64,000 nucleotides of DNA, from NCBI GenBank assembly GCA_052279835.1, contig CP181291.1, positions 5,056,001 to 5,120,000 on the forward strand, read 5' to 3'. Positions within the stretch are counted from its first letter, which is position 1; the number at the start of each line of letters is the position of its first letter. The notes below the pieces were generated by a model that was not told where the DNA came from, made no database searches, and was given only the letters and a program-made list of their open reading frames with translations. Both the position numbers and the translations under genes were made by a program. Below, in pieces: positions 23,127-31,793 of the stretch. Source of the stretch: Microcoleus sp. Its GTDB lineage: Bacteria > Cyanobacteriota > Cyanobacteriia > Cyanobacteriales > Microcoleaceae.

Positions 23127-23471
23127 CTACACTAATTCCACCACTAAAGCAGGCATTAGACGCTGCAAATTCTTCAAAGATTTACCTTGCCAAGCGACAG
23201 ATTTAGAGCCTTGTACCGCCATTTGCACCCCAGGTTTTTTTCGCATCTCAATGATGAACTTCGACAGCATACTGATCCCCGAACTGTTCAAAAATTCTAA
23301 CTGCTGCAAATTCAGAATAATTTTTTCCGTTTGCGTATCGGCTACATCGCCGAGCAACTGGGTAATCGGCTGGTATTCTTCAGGCCCGCTTAGTCGCAGG
23401 GAGCCGGAAAAACTCACCGTGGCTGTCTCTCGATCGTAGCAGATGTGGTATTTTTCTGTCTTAATTTCCAT
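23127..23471 (-). CDS. Slr1659-like STAS/anti-sigma-antagonist-like protein
   Basis: 114 aa; LNLQQLEFLNSSGISML phospho-acceptor motif; WQGKSLKNLQRL. Confidence 0.75.
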   Translation of the reverse strand: MEIKTEKYHICYDRETATVSFSGSLRLSGPEEYQPITQLLGDVADTQTEKIILNLQQLEFLNSSGISMLSKFIIEMRKKPGVQMAVQGSKSVAWQGKSLKNLQRLMPALVVELV

Positions 23472-23518
23472 TGTGGCGAAAAAAGTGGCTTAAGTTGGAT
23501 AATTGATGCCCGATGGGC

Positions 23519-24097
23519 TTATAATCTTAGTTGTACCATCGTGGTGACGGCAATGACTTCCGGGTCCTGTTGAACCGTCTCGAACTTCCAGCCCATCTTG
23601 GCGCTGTAGTCGTTGAGCATAGTCAGCAAGCCTAACCCTGAAGCGGTACAGTTCTCATCAGCAGCATTTTTTTCTAACTGCTCAATATACATCTCGCTGG
23701 GGTCGCAAAGCAGCAATTTCTGAATGTAACCCTGAAAATTGTCAACAGCAGAAGCCGGAATGCTGTTAGCCACGGAGAAAATTAGCCCGTCCTTCTCCAA
23801 TTGCAGTTTAATATCGATCGGGTAATGGGAATTTTCATCGTTAAACTTCATCGCATTTTCCAATAACTCATTAGCAATATAGCTAACGGCACTTTTCACC
23901 TCCGCTTGTCTTGTCAGTGCTGAGGCATCCTCTTGACTCCCCGGAAAAAAAGTCGTCAAGTAGTCCGCGAGGAAATCAGCCGATAAACCGTTATTCCGCC
24001 ATCGTTGCTTCAGGGGAATAGAACTAGGAGAAAATCCAATGATTAAATATTCTTGGCTGGGAGTCGGCTCAATGAAATTACCGAAGATCTGATTCAT
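23519..24097 (-). CDS. Slr1658-like GHKL ATPase/protein kinase (anti-sigma-factor or SiaB-like)
   Basis: YIANELLENAMKF N-box, SGLGLLTM G-box, no HisKA domain. Confidence 0.75.
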   Translation of the reverse strand: MNQIFGNFIEPTPSQEYLIIGFSPSSIPLKQRWRNNGLSADFLADYLTTFFPGSQEDASALTRQAEVKSAVSYIANELLENAMKFNDENSHYPIDIKLQLEKDGLIFSVANSIPASAVDNFQGYIQKLLLCDPSEMYIEQLEKNAADENCTASGLGLLTMLNDYSAKMGWKFETVQQDPEVIAVTTMVQLRL

Positions 24098-24238
24098 GTT
24101 GATTAGTCTGTGGTCTGTTAGTCTTAGTTATTTGTGAGGAGTTATTTGTGATTATGTAGTGTTGATTTACAGGCGGTTATTTATGAATTTTGGGTTTTCA
24201 TAACTAATCTATCCTAACCAATAACTGATAACCAAGTA

Positions 24239-26212
24239 TTATTTTTGTTTGAGAATCAGCAATGTGATATCATCAAAGATTTTTTGTTCGCCTATGTGCG
24301 ATCGCACATCGTCAATGACAGCGTACCTGATTTCTGATGCCGTTCGTTGCCAATTTATTTGTATGACATCAATTAACCGCTCTAAACCGTAAAGCATCTT
24401 ATCCATATTTTCAGCTTCCGTAATCCCATCAGTGTACAGCACTACCACATCTCCTTTATATAACTGCACCATTTTTTCAGCAACAAATTCAGTAATATCT
24501 ACATCGAGCCCGATGGGGAAACCCAAATCGATGGTATCAAACCGCTCTACAGAACCATTAGAACGCACCACAATCATTTCTTCGTGCTGACCGCTCAATT
24601 TCAGCATTCCTTCCTCATAGTCTAGCAAAGCCAAGGTAGCATTCTTGTCAGATTTCATCCGTTGTACATTATCGTAAATAGCCCGATTAATAGCACTTAA
24701 AAATCTAACGGGATCGGGTTCATTGTAAGCCAGCAAAGTCCGCACAGCCGTTTGAACCATAATCATTAAAACACCACTTTCTAAGCCATGTCCAGTGACA
24801 TCGCCGATACCAATCTTTACTCTACCATCTTGCTGAAGTACATCGTAATAATCGCCACCTACTTCATCGGCAGATTCCATAAATCCTGCAATATCTAGAC
24901 CGATGACAGCCTTAAGTTCTCGGTCTTTCGGCAACAGCATTTGCTGAATTTTGCGAGTCACATCTAATTCGGCACTCATCCGCACATTTTCGGCTTTGAG
25001 GCGATCGTTTAAAACAGTAATTTCTTGGTTCGCATAAACCAATGCCTCAGCAATTTTGTTAAATGACCTCACGACTTGCCCTAATTCATCTTTATTATCC
25101 AAATTAATTTTGTAGTCAAGATTACCTCTTGCCATTTTTTTGGAAGCTTCATCCAGTACCAAGACTGTTTCCATCACCGACTGATAAAAAGATACAAATA
25201 CATAAAAAACTATGGAAAGACTAAAAAAAACTACTATAGTAATAGTCCGCTTTTTATTGAGAAGATTTTCAATCCGCTTCTCTAGTAAAAAATCTAATTC
25301 TTCTATAATTTTATCCCACAGCTCAAAACTTAATTCTAACACTCTTTCAGTTGAGTCAATATAGGCATAATACTGAACATTTTCCGATGGATAGTTGAGT
25401 TTATCTAGACTTTTAGATAATTGATATATAAGAAAAATAAAGCTTTGCAAATCATTATTTAATTTGGGCTTTAAATTTTTTTGTGGATTGTTTATAAACG
25501 CAACATTCATGTTAAACTCTAAAGCCTCACTTAATTCTCTTAATTTTACAGAAAGAGCAATATATTGGGTTCTATCATCTTGTGTAGCATTTGACTTCAG
25601 GCTGGTTTTTTCAGAAATCCTTCTGATTTCTGAAAGATTTTTTTGAATTTCGGGCAGTTTCAATAAAGTAGCATCCATTAAGTAATAAGTGTCTAAGTCG
25701 GGGTCTAATATTAAATTAGAACTATCCCCAACATCAGCAGCCAATTTATTAATATTTGCTAATAAGGTTTGATATAAAAAGTCATAGGTTTCTAAGCTCC
25801 ACTGGTGGCGACGCAGTTTAAAATTTTGCCAAGTAAGATAAGTTTTATTCATTTTTTCTGAAGATTTTAATAAATTTCCGAGCCTGCTATCAGTATTGGC
25901 AAGATTTTGAAAGTTTGAGTCTATTTTTGCTTCTAGTTCTGCCCTGAACTCTGGTCGGCTTAAATTTGTGTTTAATGGCTGATAATCTAAGAGTTGAAGT
26001 TGGGGTATGTGCTGTCTCAATTGTCGCAGGGGGCGCAGGTATTGATTGCCGTAAATTTCTTTTTGAGCAAAATTTACCTGGCTATTAATCTCGGAAATCA
26101 GTAGGTATATGACCAATGTTAAGGGCAGGGCAAAGAGAAAGCCAATTAGGATAAATTTTTGGGGATAGCTCAGACGATTCATTAAATGGATACCGAAGGA
26201 TTTTTGGTTCAT
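24239..26212 (-). CDS. Membrane sensor PP2C/SpoIIE Ser/Thr phosphatase with HAMP domain
   Basis: Two TM segments, DELGQVVRSFN HAMP, EVGGDYYD, GDVTGHG, LYTDGITEA, DDITL. Confidence 0.9.
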   Translation of the reverse strand: MNQKSFGIHLMNRLSYPQKFILIGFLFALPLTLVIYLLISEINSQVNFAQKEIYGNQYLRPLRQLRQHIPQLQLLDYQPLNTNLSRPEFRAELEAKIDSNFQNLANTDSRLGNLLKSSEKMNKTYLTWQNFKLRRHQWSLETYDFLYQTLLANINKLAADVGDSSNLILDPDLDTYYLMDATLLKLPEIQKNLSEIRRISEKTSLKSNATQDDRTQYIALSVKLRELSEALEFNMNVAFINNPQKNLKPKLNNDLQSFIFLIYQLSKSLDKLNYPSENVQYYAYIDSTERVLELSFELWDKIIEELDFLLEKRIENLLNKKRTITIVVFFSLSIVFYVFVSFYQSVMETVLVLDEASKKMARGNLDYKINLDNKDELGQVVRSFNKIAEALVYANQEITVLNDRLKAENVRMSAELDVTRKIQQMLLPKDRELKAVIGLDIAGFMESADEVGGDYYDVLQQDGRVKIGIGDVTGHGLESGVLMIMVQTAVRTLLAYNEPDPVRFLSAINRAIYDNVQRMKSDKNATLALLDYEEGMLKLSGQHEEMIVVRSNGSVERFDTIDLGFPIGLDVDITEFVAEKMVQLYKGDVVVLYTDGITEAENMDKMLYGLERLIDVIQINWQRTASEIRYAVIDDVRSHIGEQKIFDDITLLILKQK

Positions 26213-26213
26213 A

Positions 26214-26264
26214 TGTGACACAATCCACAAATATTTTACTCAATTAGTAGCAAAAGCTACTAAT
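26214..26264. promoter_or_regulatory. Candidate CRP-like box and NtcA-like box upstream of the phosphatase gene
   Basis: TGTGA-N6-CCACA at 26214-26229; GTA-N8-TAC at 26247-26260 inside the palindrome ATTAGTAGC-AAAA-GCTACTAAT. Confidence 0.4.
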
Positions 26265-26510
26265 TTTTTTGGATCATTCCTGAAAAAATCAGTTTTGACG
26301 CACCATCAGAAGTTTGGCGAGGATTAATATAGTTATTTCCTGAAACTCTACTCTAGAGACAGAATAAGACGATACTTACATCGCTGCACTTGTAATGTTA
26401 GTTCTTGACAAAGGAACCAACACTAACATTAGCAGTGTCTACATAAGTATTGTTAGTGTTGTGTTCAGCAGCGATCGCGCCGCAGTCTGAAGTGAGGTGG
26501 AGGGCTTGTA

Positions 26511-27086
26511 ATGAAACGAATTTCCGAAAATAACTCTCAAGACAGTCAAAACCAAGCCCAAAAGCAGCCCAGGCCTTTAGTCTTGGCTTTGGTGTTAACA
26601 GGAATTCTGGCATTGGAAATGTATCCGAGTCTGGTAGATACCGCTGCTGCTAATGCTGGGGCGCTGAAACATTCCTTAACCAAGTTGGAAAGCCAACAAC
26701 AGCCAAGCATCAAGGAATTTGTGCCCACACCTGTTCTGGAAAACATCAGCTATTCGGAATTTGTAGGGAATAATTTAACTTCCGAATTAGACAATTTGGC
26801 TCAAGGATCGCACCAAAACCCCCCAAGCCAATTGCCCGCTTCCATCGTTGAGGCTGTTCGAGTGGACTTGTCGCGCCAAACTGGTATTGCTGCTGGAGGG
26901 TTACGAGTGACTGAATCGACGCGCCAAACTTGGCCGAATACTTGTTTGGGAATCTCGACAACTAATGAGTTGTGCGGCCAAATGATTGTGAAAGGTTGGC
27001 GGGTTGTGGTTTCTGATGGCCGCCAAATTTGGGTTTATCGCACCGATGCTAGGGGAAAGGTGTTGCGTTTGGAACCGAAAAATTGA
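26511..27086 (+). CDS. Hypothetical exported protein with a two-Cys C-terminal domain seen in cyanobacteria
   Basis: N-terminal hydrophobic segment; TWPNTCLG...C...GWRVVVSDG..WVYRTD. Confidence 0.7.
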   Translation: MKRISENNSQDSQNQAQKQPRPLVLALVLTGILALEMYPSLVDTAAANAGALKHSLTKLESQQQPSIKEFVPTPVLENISYSEFVGNNLTSELDNLAQGSHQNPPSQLPASIVEAVRVDLSRQTGIAAGGLRVTESTRQTWPNTCLGISTTNELCGQMIVKGWRVVVSDGRQIWVYRTDARGKVLRLEPKN

Positions 27087-27134
27087 TGTGTAGCTGTCGC
27101 CAATTTGCCATACATCAATTGATCAGACTTATGC

Positions 27135-27203
27135 AAAAAACCCGGTTTCTTCCAAAAATCGTCGATTTTTTCGACAAATATTCACCCAGAAACCGGGTTT
27201 TTG
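27135..27203. repeat. Inverted repeat pair AAAAACCCGGTTTCT...AGAAACCGGGTTTTT
   Basis: Visible inverted arms; a degenerate copy at 59037-59103. Confidence 0.7.
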
Positions 27204-27253
27204 CCCCCCCATGGGTCCTGGACTGAATTTAAATTTTTGGGTGGGGCGGGCTT

Positions 27254-28351
27254 CTAGCCTGCGTTTGATCCTGCTTGTTTTTCGATGAGTCCGCCGCCAA
27301 GAAGCAAGTCCCCTTCGTACCAAACTGCTGCTTGTCCGGGGGTGATGCTCAACTGCGGTTCGTCAAAAATTAACTTGACTCTTGTACCGCGAGTATTTTC
27401 TGCTTCCTGGGAGGATTCTAGGGGAATTACTGTGGCGGGGACTGGGTGCGATCGATACCGAATCTGTACTTCGGCTCGAATGGGAGCTGCGGGCTGTGCT
27501 ACAGAAACCCAATTCACTTGCTGGACATAACACTCGGATTCTACTGCTAAGAGTCGATCGCCCACAATCACCCGATTTCTGGCAGCATCCAATTCGACCA
27601 CGTACAGGGGTTCAGGTGCTGCAATACCCAGTCCCTTGCGTTGGCCGATGGTATAGTGGTGTATCCCGTCGTGCTGTCCGAGCACTCGGCCATCCTTATG
27701 CACAATATCACCCTTTTGCGGAGCAATGTATTTATCCAGAAATGCCCGCATGGAACCGTTACTTTCCACCAAACACAAATCCTGACTTTCCGGCTTATCA
27801 GCAGTTGTCAAGCCAAACTCCGCGGCTATTCTGCGAGTTTCAGTCTTGGTAATTTCCCCCAAAGGGAACTCCGTACCTGCTAGAAAATCTTGTGTCAAAT
27901 CGTACAAGAAATAGGACTGGTCTTTGCCGGGGTCGATCGCCCGACGCAACTGATAGCGACCTGTCAGAGTATCATGAGTAATCCGAGCGTAGTGACCTGT
28001 AGCAATTTTGTCAATTCCGAGTTCTTGGCGAGCATACTTGAGCATCGGGCCGAACTTCACAGTTTTATTGCACTGGGAACAAGGCAAAGGCGTAATTCCA
28101 GCACTATAACCATCCACCAAAAAATCCACAATACTTGCTTGAAAAACCTCGCGGCTGTCAACTATGTGGTGAGGAACGCCCAACTGTTCGCAAATTTTAG
28201 CTGCATCGACCATTCCCTCAGAGCAGCACTGGCCTTTACCTTTCATCAGCCACAGAGTTAAACCCACCACTTCATATCCCTGATGGTGTAGAATTGCGGC
28301 TGCTGCGGAACTATCGACCCCGCCGGAGAGGCCTACAACAATCTTGTTCAT
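27254..28351 (-). CDS. mnmA: tRNA 2-thiouridine(34) synthase
   Basis: [50 protein letters not shown]. Confidence 0.96.
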   Translation of the reverse strand: MNKIVVGLSGGVDSSAAAAILHHQGYEVVGLTLWLMKGKGQCCSEGMVDAAKICEQLGVPHHIVDSREVFQASIVDFLVDGYSAGITPLPCSQCNKTVKFGPMLKYARQELGIDKIATGHYARITHDTLTGRYQLRRAIDPGKDQSYFLYDLTQDFLAGTEFPLGEITKTETRRIAAEFGLTTADKPESQDLCLVESNGSMRAFLDKYIAPQKGDIVHKDGRVLGQHDGIHHYTIGQRKGLGIAAPEPLYVVELDAARNRVIVGDRLLAVESECYVQQVNWVSVAQPAAPIRAEVQIRYRSHPVPATVIPLESSQEAENTRGTRVKLIFDEPQLSITPGQAAVWYEGDLLLGGGLIEKQAGSNAG

Positions 28352-28466
28352 GGTTCGGAAAAAACTTGCTATTTTACTGGTACTTCGTTCGATCGAGCTA
28401 ATTTATTATAGTACAAAAATACTACAAGTTGCTACTGTTGCTGTTCTTTGGAATTTTAACATTCCT

Positions 28467-28883
28467 TTGACACTCAAGCGGTCTAAAGACACGCTCGATT
28501 CTGCAGACAGAATAGACATAGGCAACGCCCAAAGTCTAACTCTCGCTACGGTCGTCAAACACCGTCTATTCAGTCGGTCAAGGCTTACACCTAGCTTACT
28601 GACTACTTTTCTCAGAATATTAGCAGAACCATTTAAGTCTGCATTCACCACAGTTCCATCGGCTGACTGATACAATCCACGTTTAATTCGTCTTCCAGAT
28701 GCTTTCCACCCAAATGGTTTTTCACCATATTTGGGTAGGGAGTCTCCATCTAGAAAACTAGCTTTTGAGGTATACGCTTCTTCGGTTTCGGTAAACCTAA
28801 TGCCATATAAATAACAGAGCTGTTTGAGTCTATCCTTTAATTTTCCTAAAGGCATTTGAACAAACTTTTGATTGTTTACTCTG
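28467..28883 (-). pseudogene. tnpB: TnpB C-terminal fragment (RuvC-III region, overlapping the omegaRNA region)
   Basis: NNQKFVQMPLGKLK, EEAYTSKASFLDGD, GRRIKRGLY, NADLNGSANILRK. Confidence 0.85.
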
Positions 28884-28892
28884 CAAAGACTG

Positions 28893-28942
28893 TTGATTTG
28901 TCTAGCTTAAACGAATATAGTGGATATCTCAAGTCGTATCAA
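28893..28942. promoter_or_regulatory. Overlapping divergent sigma70-like promoters
   Basis: Plus strand TTGATT-N17-TATAGT (28893-28921); minus strand TTGATA-N17-TATATT (28942-28914). Confidence 0.55.
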
Positions 28943-28974
28943 CAAAATACTTATGCTGCCATTAGCTGAGTAGA

Positions 28975-29158
28975 TGTACCTGCGTTGGTGGTTAAGTCGT
29001 TCAAAGGTCGCTCCAGTCGTTATTTGCCAGAGGAGTTTCCGCAACTAAAAAAACTGCCGTCTTTGTGGACGAGCAGCTATTTCGTGAGTACGGCAGGCAA
29101 TATTAGCAGGGAGGTTGTAAAAAAATATATAGAAGACCCGCATCACTCGGCCAACTAA
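28975..29158 (+). pseudogene. tnpA: IS200-type Y1 transposase C-terminal fragment
   Basis: Manual translation: VVKSFKGRSSRYLPEEFPQLKKLPSLWTSSYFVSTAGNISREVVKKYIED; HUH-containing N-terminus is missing. Confidence 0.85.
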
Positions 29159-29243
29159 AGAAAGAACACGGGGACTGAAGTCCCCCGCGCCGCTTCCCTA
29201 GGAAGGTCTAAAGACTCGCTCGTTTCCCGCATCCCGTATTACT

Positions 29244-30926
29244 ATGATGACTATTGAAAAGTTTATTGTCTCCGCTGACCAAATGCGGCAAATAGAAACC
29301 AGAATCTTTGCCGCTGGAATGCCCTCGGCAGCTTTAATGGAAAAAGTCGCCGGACTGGTGGCCAGACGCATTCAGGCGCTTTTGAAGTCCGAGGGAAGAA
29401 GTCCGAGGGAAGAAGAACCCCACCCCCCCAAGGGGAGAAGGAATAGGGATGAGGGATTTGGTTATCTAGGAGAGGAGTCTCAAGGGAAAGATATCGTCAA
29501 TTCTCAATTCCCGGTTATTGGGGTATTGGTGGGGCCGGGACACAATGGCGGGGATGCTTTGGTTGTGGCCCGCGAATTACACTTTAAAGGATTTTCAGTA
29601 ATTATTTACTGCCCGTTTTCTAAACTTAAAGAACTCACAAAAAGTCACTCTGATTATGCGCGTTCTTTAAATATTCCTTTTTTTGATACCATTGAACCGC
29701 TGAAAAAATGCGATTTGTTCATAGATGGTTTATTTGGATTTGGGTTAGAACGGGAAATTGTTCATCCGATTAGCACCGCTATTGATGAAATAAATAAGTT
29801 AAATAAACTTGTTTTTAGTATTGATATTCCGTCGGGAATTCATACTGATACAGGCGCAGTTTTGGGGACGGCGATCAGGGCTACTCATACCTTATGTTTG
29901 GGTTTGTGGAAGTTGGCATTTTTGCAAGATAAAGCGTTAGAATATATCGGGACATCTGAGTTGATTGATTTTGATATTTCCTTGGCAGATATTGTGGCGA
30001 TATTGGGAGATTTCCCGGCAATACAACGGATTACTCCAGCATCTGCAATTCAGTATTTGCCGTTGCCCCGATCGCCTATTGCTCATAAATACACCAACGG
30101 TCATCTACTAATTATTGCAGGTTCAGCCCGGTACAGCGGAGCTGCAATTTTGTCAGCATTAGGAGCAAGGGCAAGCGGGGTGGGAATGCTGTCAATTGCT
30201 GTTCCAATATCGATGAAACCGATGTTGAGCAGTCAGTTACCAGAGGCATTAGTTATAGGATGTCCCGAAACTTCCAGCGGTGCAATTAAGGATTTGCCCC
30301 TAGGAATCGATCTGGGTATCTATGATGCGATCGCGGCGGGGCCTGGTCTGACCTTGGAAGCTGCTATTACGGTAGAATCTCTGTTAGAGAGCGATCGACC
30401 TTTAGTTCTAGATGCCGATGGTTTAAATATACTGGCTCAACTTGGCACTGTGCCGATTTTGTCGGAACGCTCAGCACTAACTATTATCACGCCTCATCCA
30501 GGGGAATTCCAGCGTTTATTTCCCGAATTAGCTGACAAAATGGACTCGCGCATTACCGCAACTCAACAAGCGGCTCAGCTCACCGGTGCAGTGGTATTGT
30601 TGAAAGGAGCCAGAGTTTGCATTTGTTTTGACGACAAGGGCGATTCCCTAGGGGATAGCTACGCTTCACGTACTATCACTTACCTCAATCCCGAAAGTAC
30701 CCCAGCCCTGGCTAGAGGTGGCAGTGGGGACGTTCTCACAGGTTTGTTGGGTGGTTTGATGGCAAGTGCGATCGCCCGCAAATCCTGCCCCAAATCCGTG
30801 GTAGAAACAGCAGTTTGGTGGCACGCTAGAGCGGGTATGATGGCCGCCAAAGAACGGACAGAATTAGGAGTTGATGCTTTTACTTTGACCGAGTATTTAA
30901 TCCCAGCTTTGCGGGAATTTTATTAA
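29244..30926 (+). CDS. nnr: Bifunctional NAD(P)HX epimerase/dehydratase
   Basis: LMEKVAG, GPGHNGGDA, DGLFGFGL, DIPSG, VLDADGLN, TPHPGEF, ARGGSGDVLTG. Confidence 0.92.
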   Translation: MMTIEKFIVSADQMRQIETRIFAAGMPSAALMEKVAGLVARRIQALLKSEGRSPREEEPHPPKGRRNRDEGFGYLGEESQGKDIVNSQFPVIGVLVGPGHNGGDALVVARELHFKGFSVIIYCPFSKLKELTKSHSDYARSLNIPFFDTIEPLKKCDLFIDGLFGFGLEREIVHPISTAIDEINKLNKLVFSIDIPSGIHTDTGAVLGTAIRATHTLCLGLWKLAFLQDKALEYIGTSELIDFDISLADIVAILGDFPAIQRITPASAIQYLPLPRSPIAHKYTNGHLLIIAGSARYSGAAILSALGARASGVGMLSIAVPISMKPMLSSQLPEALVIGCPETSSGAIKDLPLGIDLGIYDAIAAGPGLTLEAAITVESLLESDRPLVLDADGLNILAQLGTVPILSERSALTIITPHPGEFQRLFPELADKMDSRITATQQAAQLTGAVVLLKGARVCICFDDKGDSLGDSYASRTITYLNPESTPALARGGSGDVLTGLLGGLMASAIARKSCPKSVVETAVWWHARAGMMAAKERTELGVDAFTLTEYLIPALREFY

Positions 30927-30928
30927 TC

Positions 30929-31032
30929 TATAGCAATCTTTGCAGCAGTCGTAAATACTTTTACCCCACCCCAACCCTCCCCTTACTAAGGGGAGGGAGT
31001 AAGAAATTCACAAATGATTTAGGATTGCTATA
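30929..31032. mobile_element. 104-bp MITE-like element with TATAGCAATC terminal inverted repeats and an internal palindromic short repeat
   Basis: TATAGCAATC at 30929-30938, GATTGCTATA at 31023-31032; internal CTCCCCTTACTAAGGGGAG. Confidence 0.7.
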
Positions 31033-31219
31033 CATCGATCTAACTGAAAGGATTGATACTAGAATTCGGATTGATTTAACCGCAGAGAACACAGAGGACA
31101 CAGAGGAAGAGATAACAGAGATTTGAATAATTCCGATGCAAAGGGTGAATTTATTGTGAGGTGGGCAGGAGAACCCGCCCTGGAATGGCTGACTTAGTTA
31201 GTATGCAGAAAGTCCGAAA

Positions 31220-31693
31220 TTAACCTTTCATTAAATTTTCTAATTTATCAACCATCTTCTCCACAATTCCCTCGGAAGTAGATGCGGCCGATGCTTCCGC
31301 TTCAATCCGCTTGACAACCTCCTCTGGAAGATTCAGTAATTGCACTAATTTTTGATAAGCTGCTGCTTCTTCAGCATTAATTTTTGGTTCATCGGGAGTG
31401 CGAGCACTAGATGCAATCACCTCATAACCTAGTTGCAGCACCAATTCTTTTTCTTCCTGACTTTGTAGTTGACAAATCAACTCCTCTAGAGGAATATTTT
31501 GCATCACATAGTCGCGGAGTTCTTGTTGCAATTGTTGACCATCGACATCGGCGACAAATAAACTGCAAAAGCGATCGAGCATTAAATTGACTTCTTCTGT
31601 TGCTAATTCTCCGTCAGCCCAGGCCATAGATGCAACTATTCTTAACAGGTTCATCTGGCGGGGTGTAATGGATGGAGGAGGTGGGGTTTGCAT
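31220..31693 (-). CDS. TerB-family protein
   Basis: LLRIVASMAWADGELATEE and INAEEAAAYQKLVQLL helical pattern. Confidence 0.75.
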   Translation of the reverse strand: MQTPPPPSITPRQMNLLRIVASMAWADGELATEEVNLMLDRFCSLFVADVDGQQLQQELRDYVMQNIPLEELICQLQSQEEKELVLQLGYEVIASSARTPDEPKINAEEAAAYQKLVQLLNLPEEVVKRIEAEASAASTSEGIVEKMVDKLENLMKG

Positions 31694-31793
31694 AAAAAGT
31701 TTGTTATTGGTTATTGGTTATTTGTTAGTTGTTATTGGTAGGAATCCACCCATAACAACTAATAAATAACTACTAACCATAATGTCACAGTTT

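Larger units (their letters stand above)
28467..29235 (-). mobile_element. Internally deleted IS200/IS605-family element with divergent tnpB and tnpA remnants; left boundary approximate
   Basis: Right end ...GTGTCAA at 28467; shared subterminal GGTCTAAAGAC(A/T)CGCTCG at ~28480 and ~29205. Confidence 0.8.
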
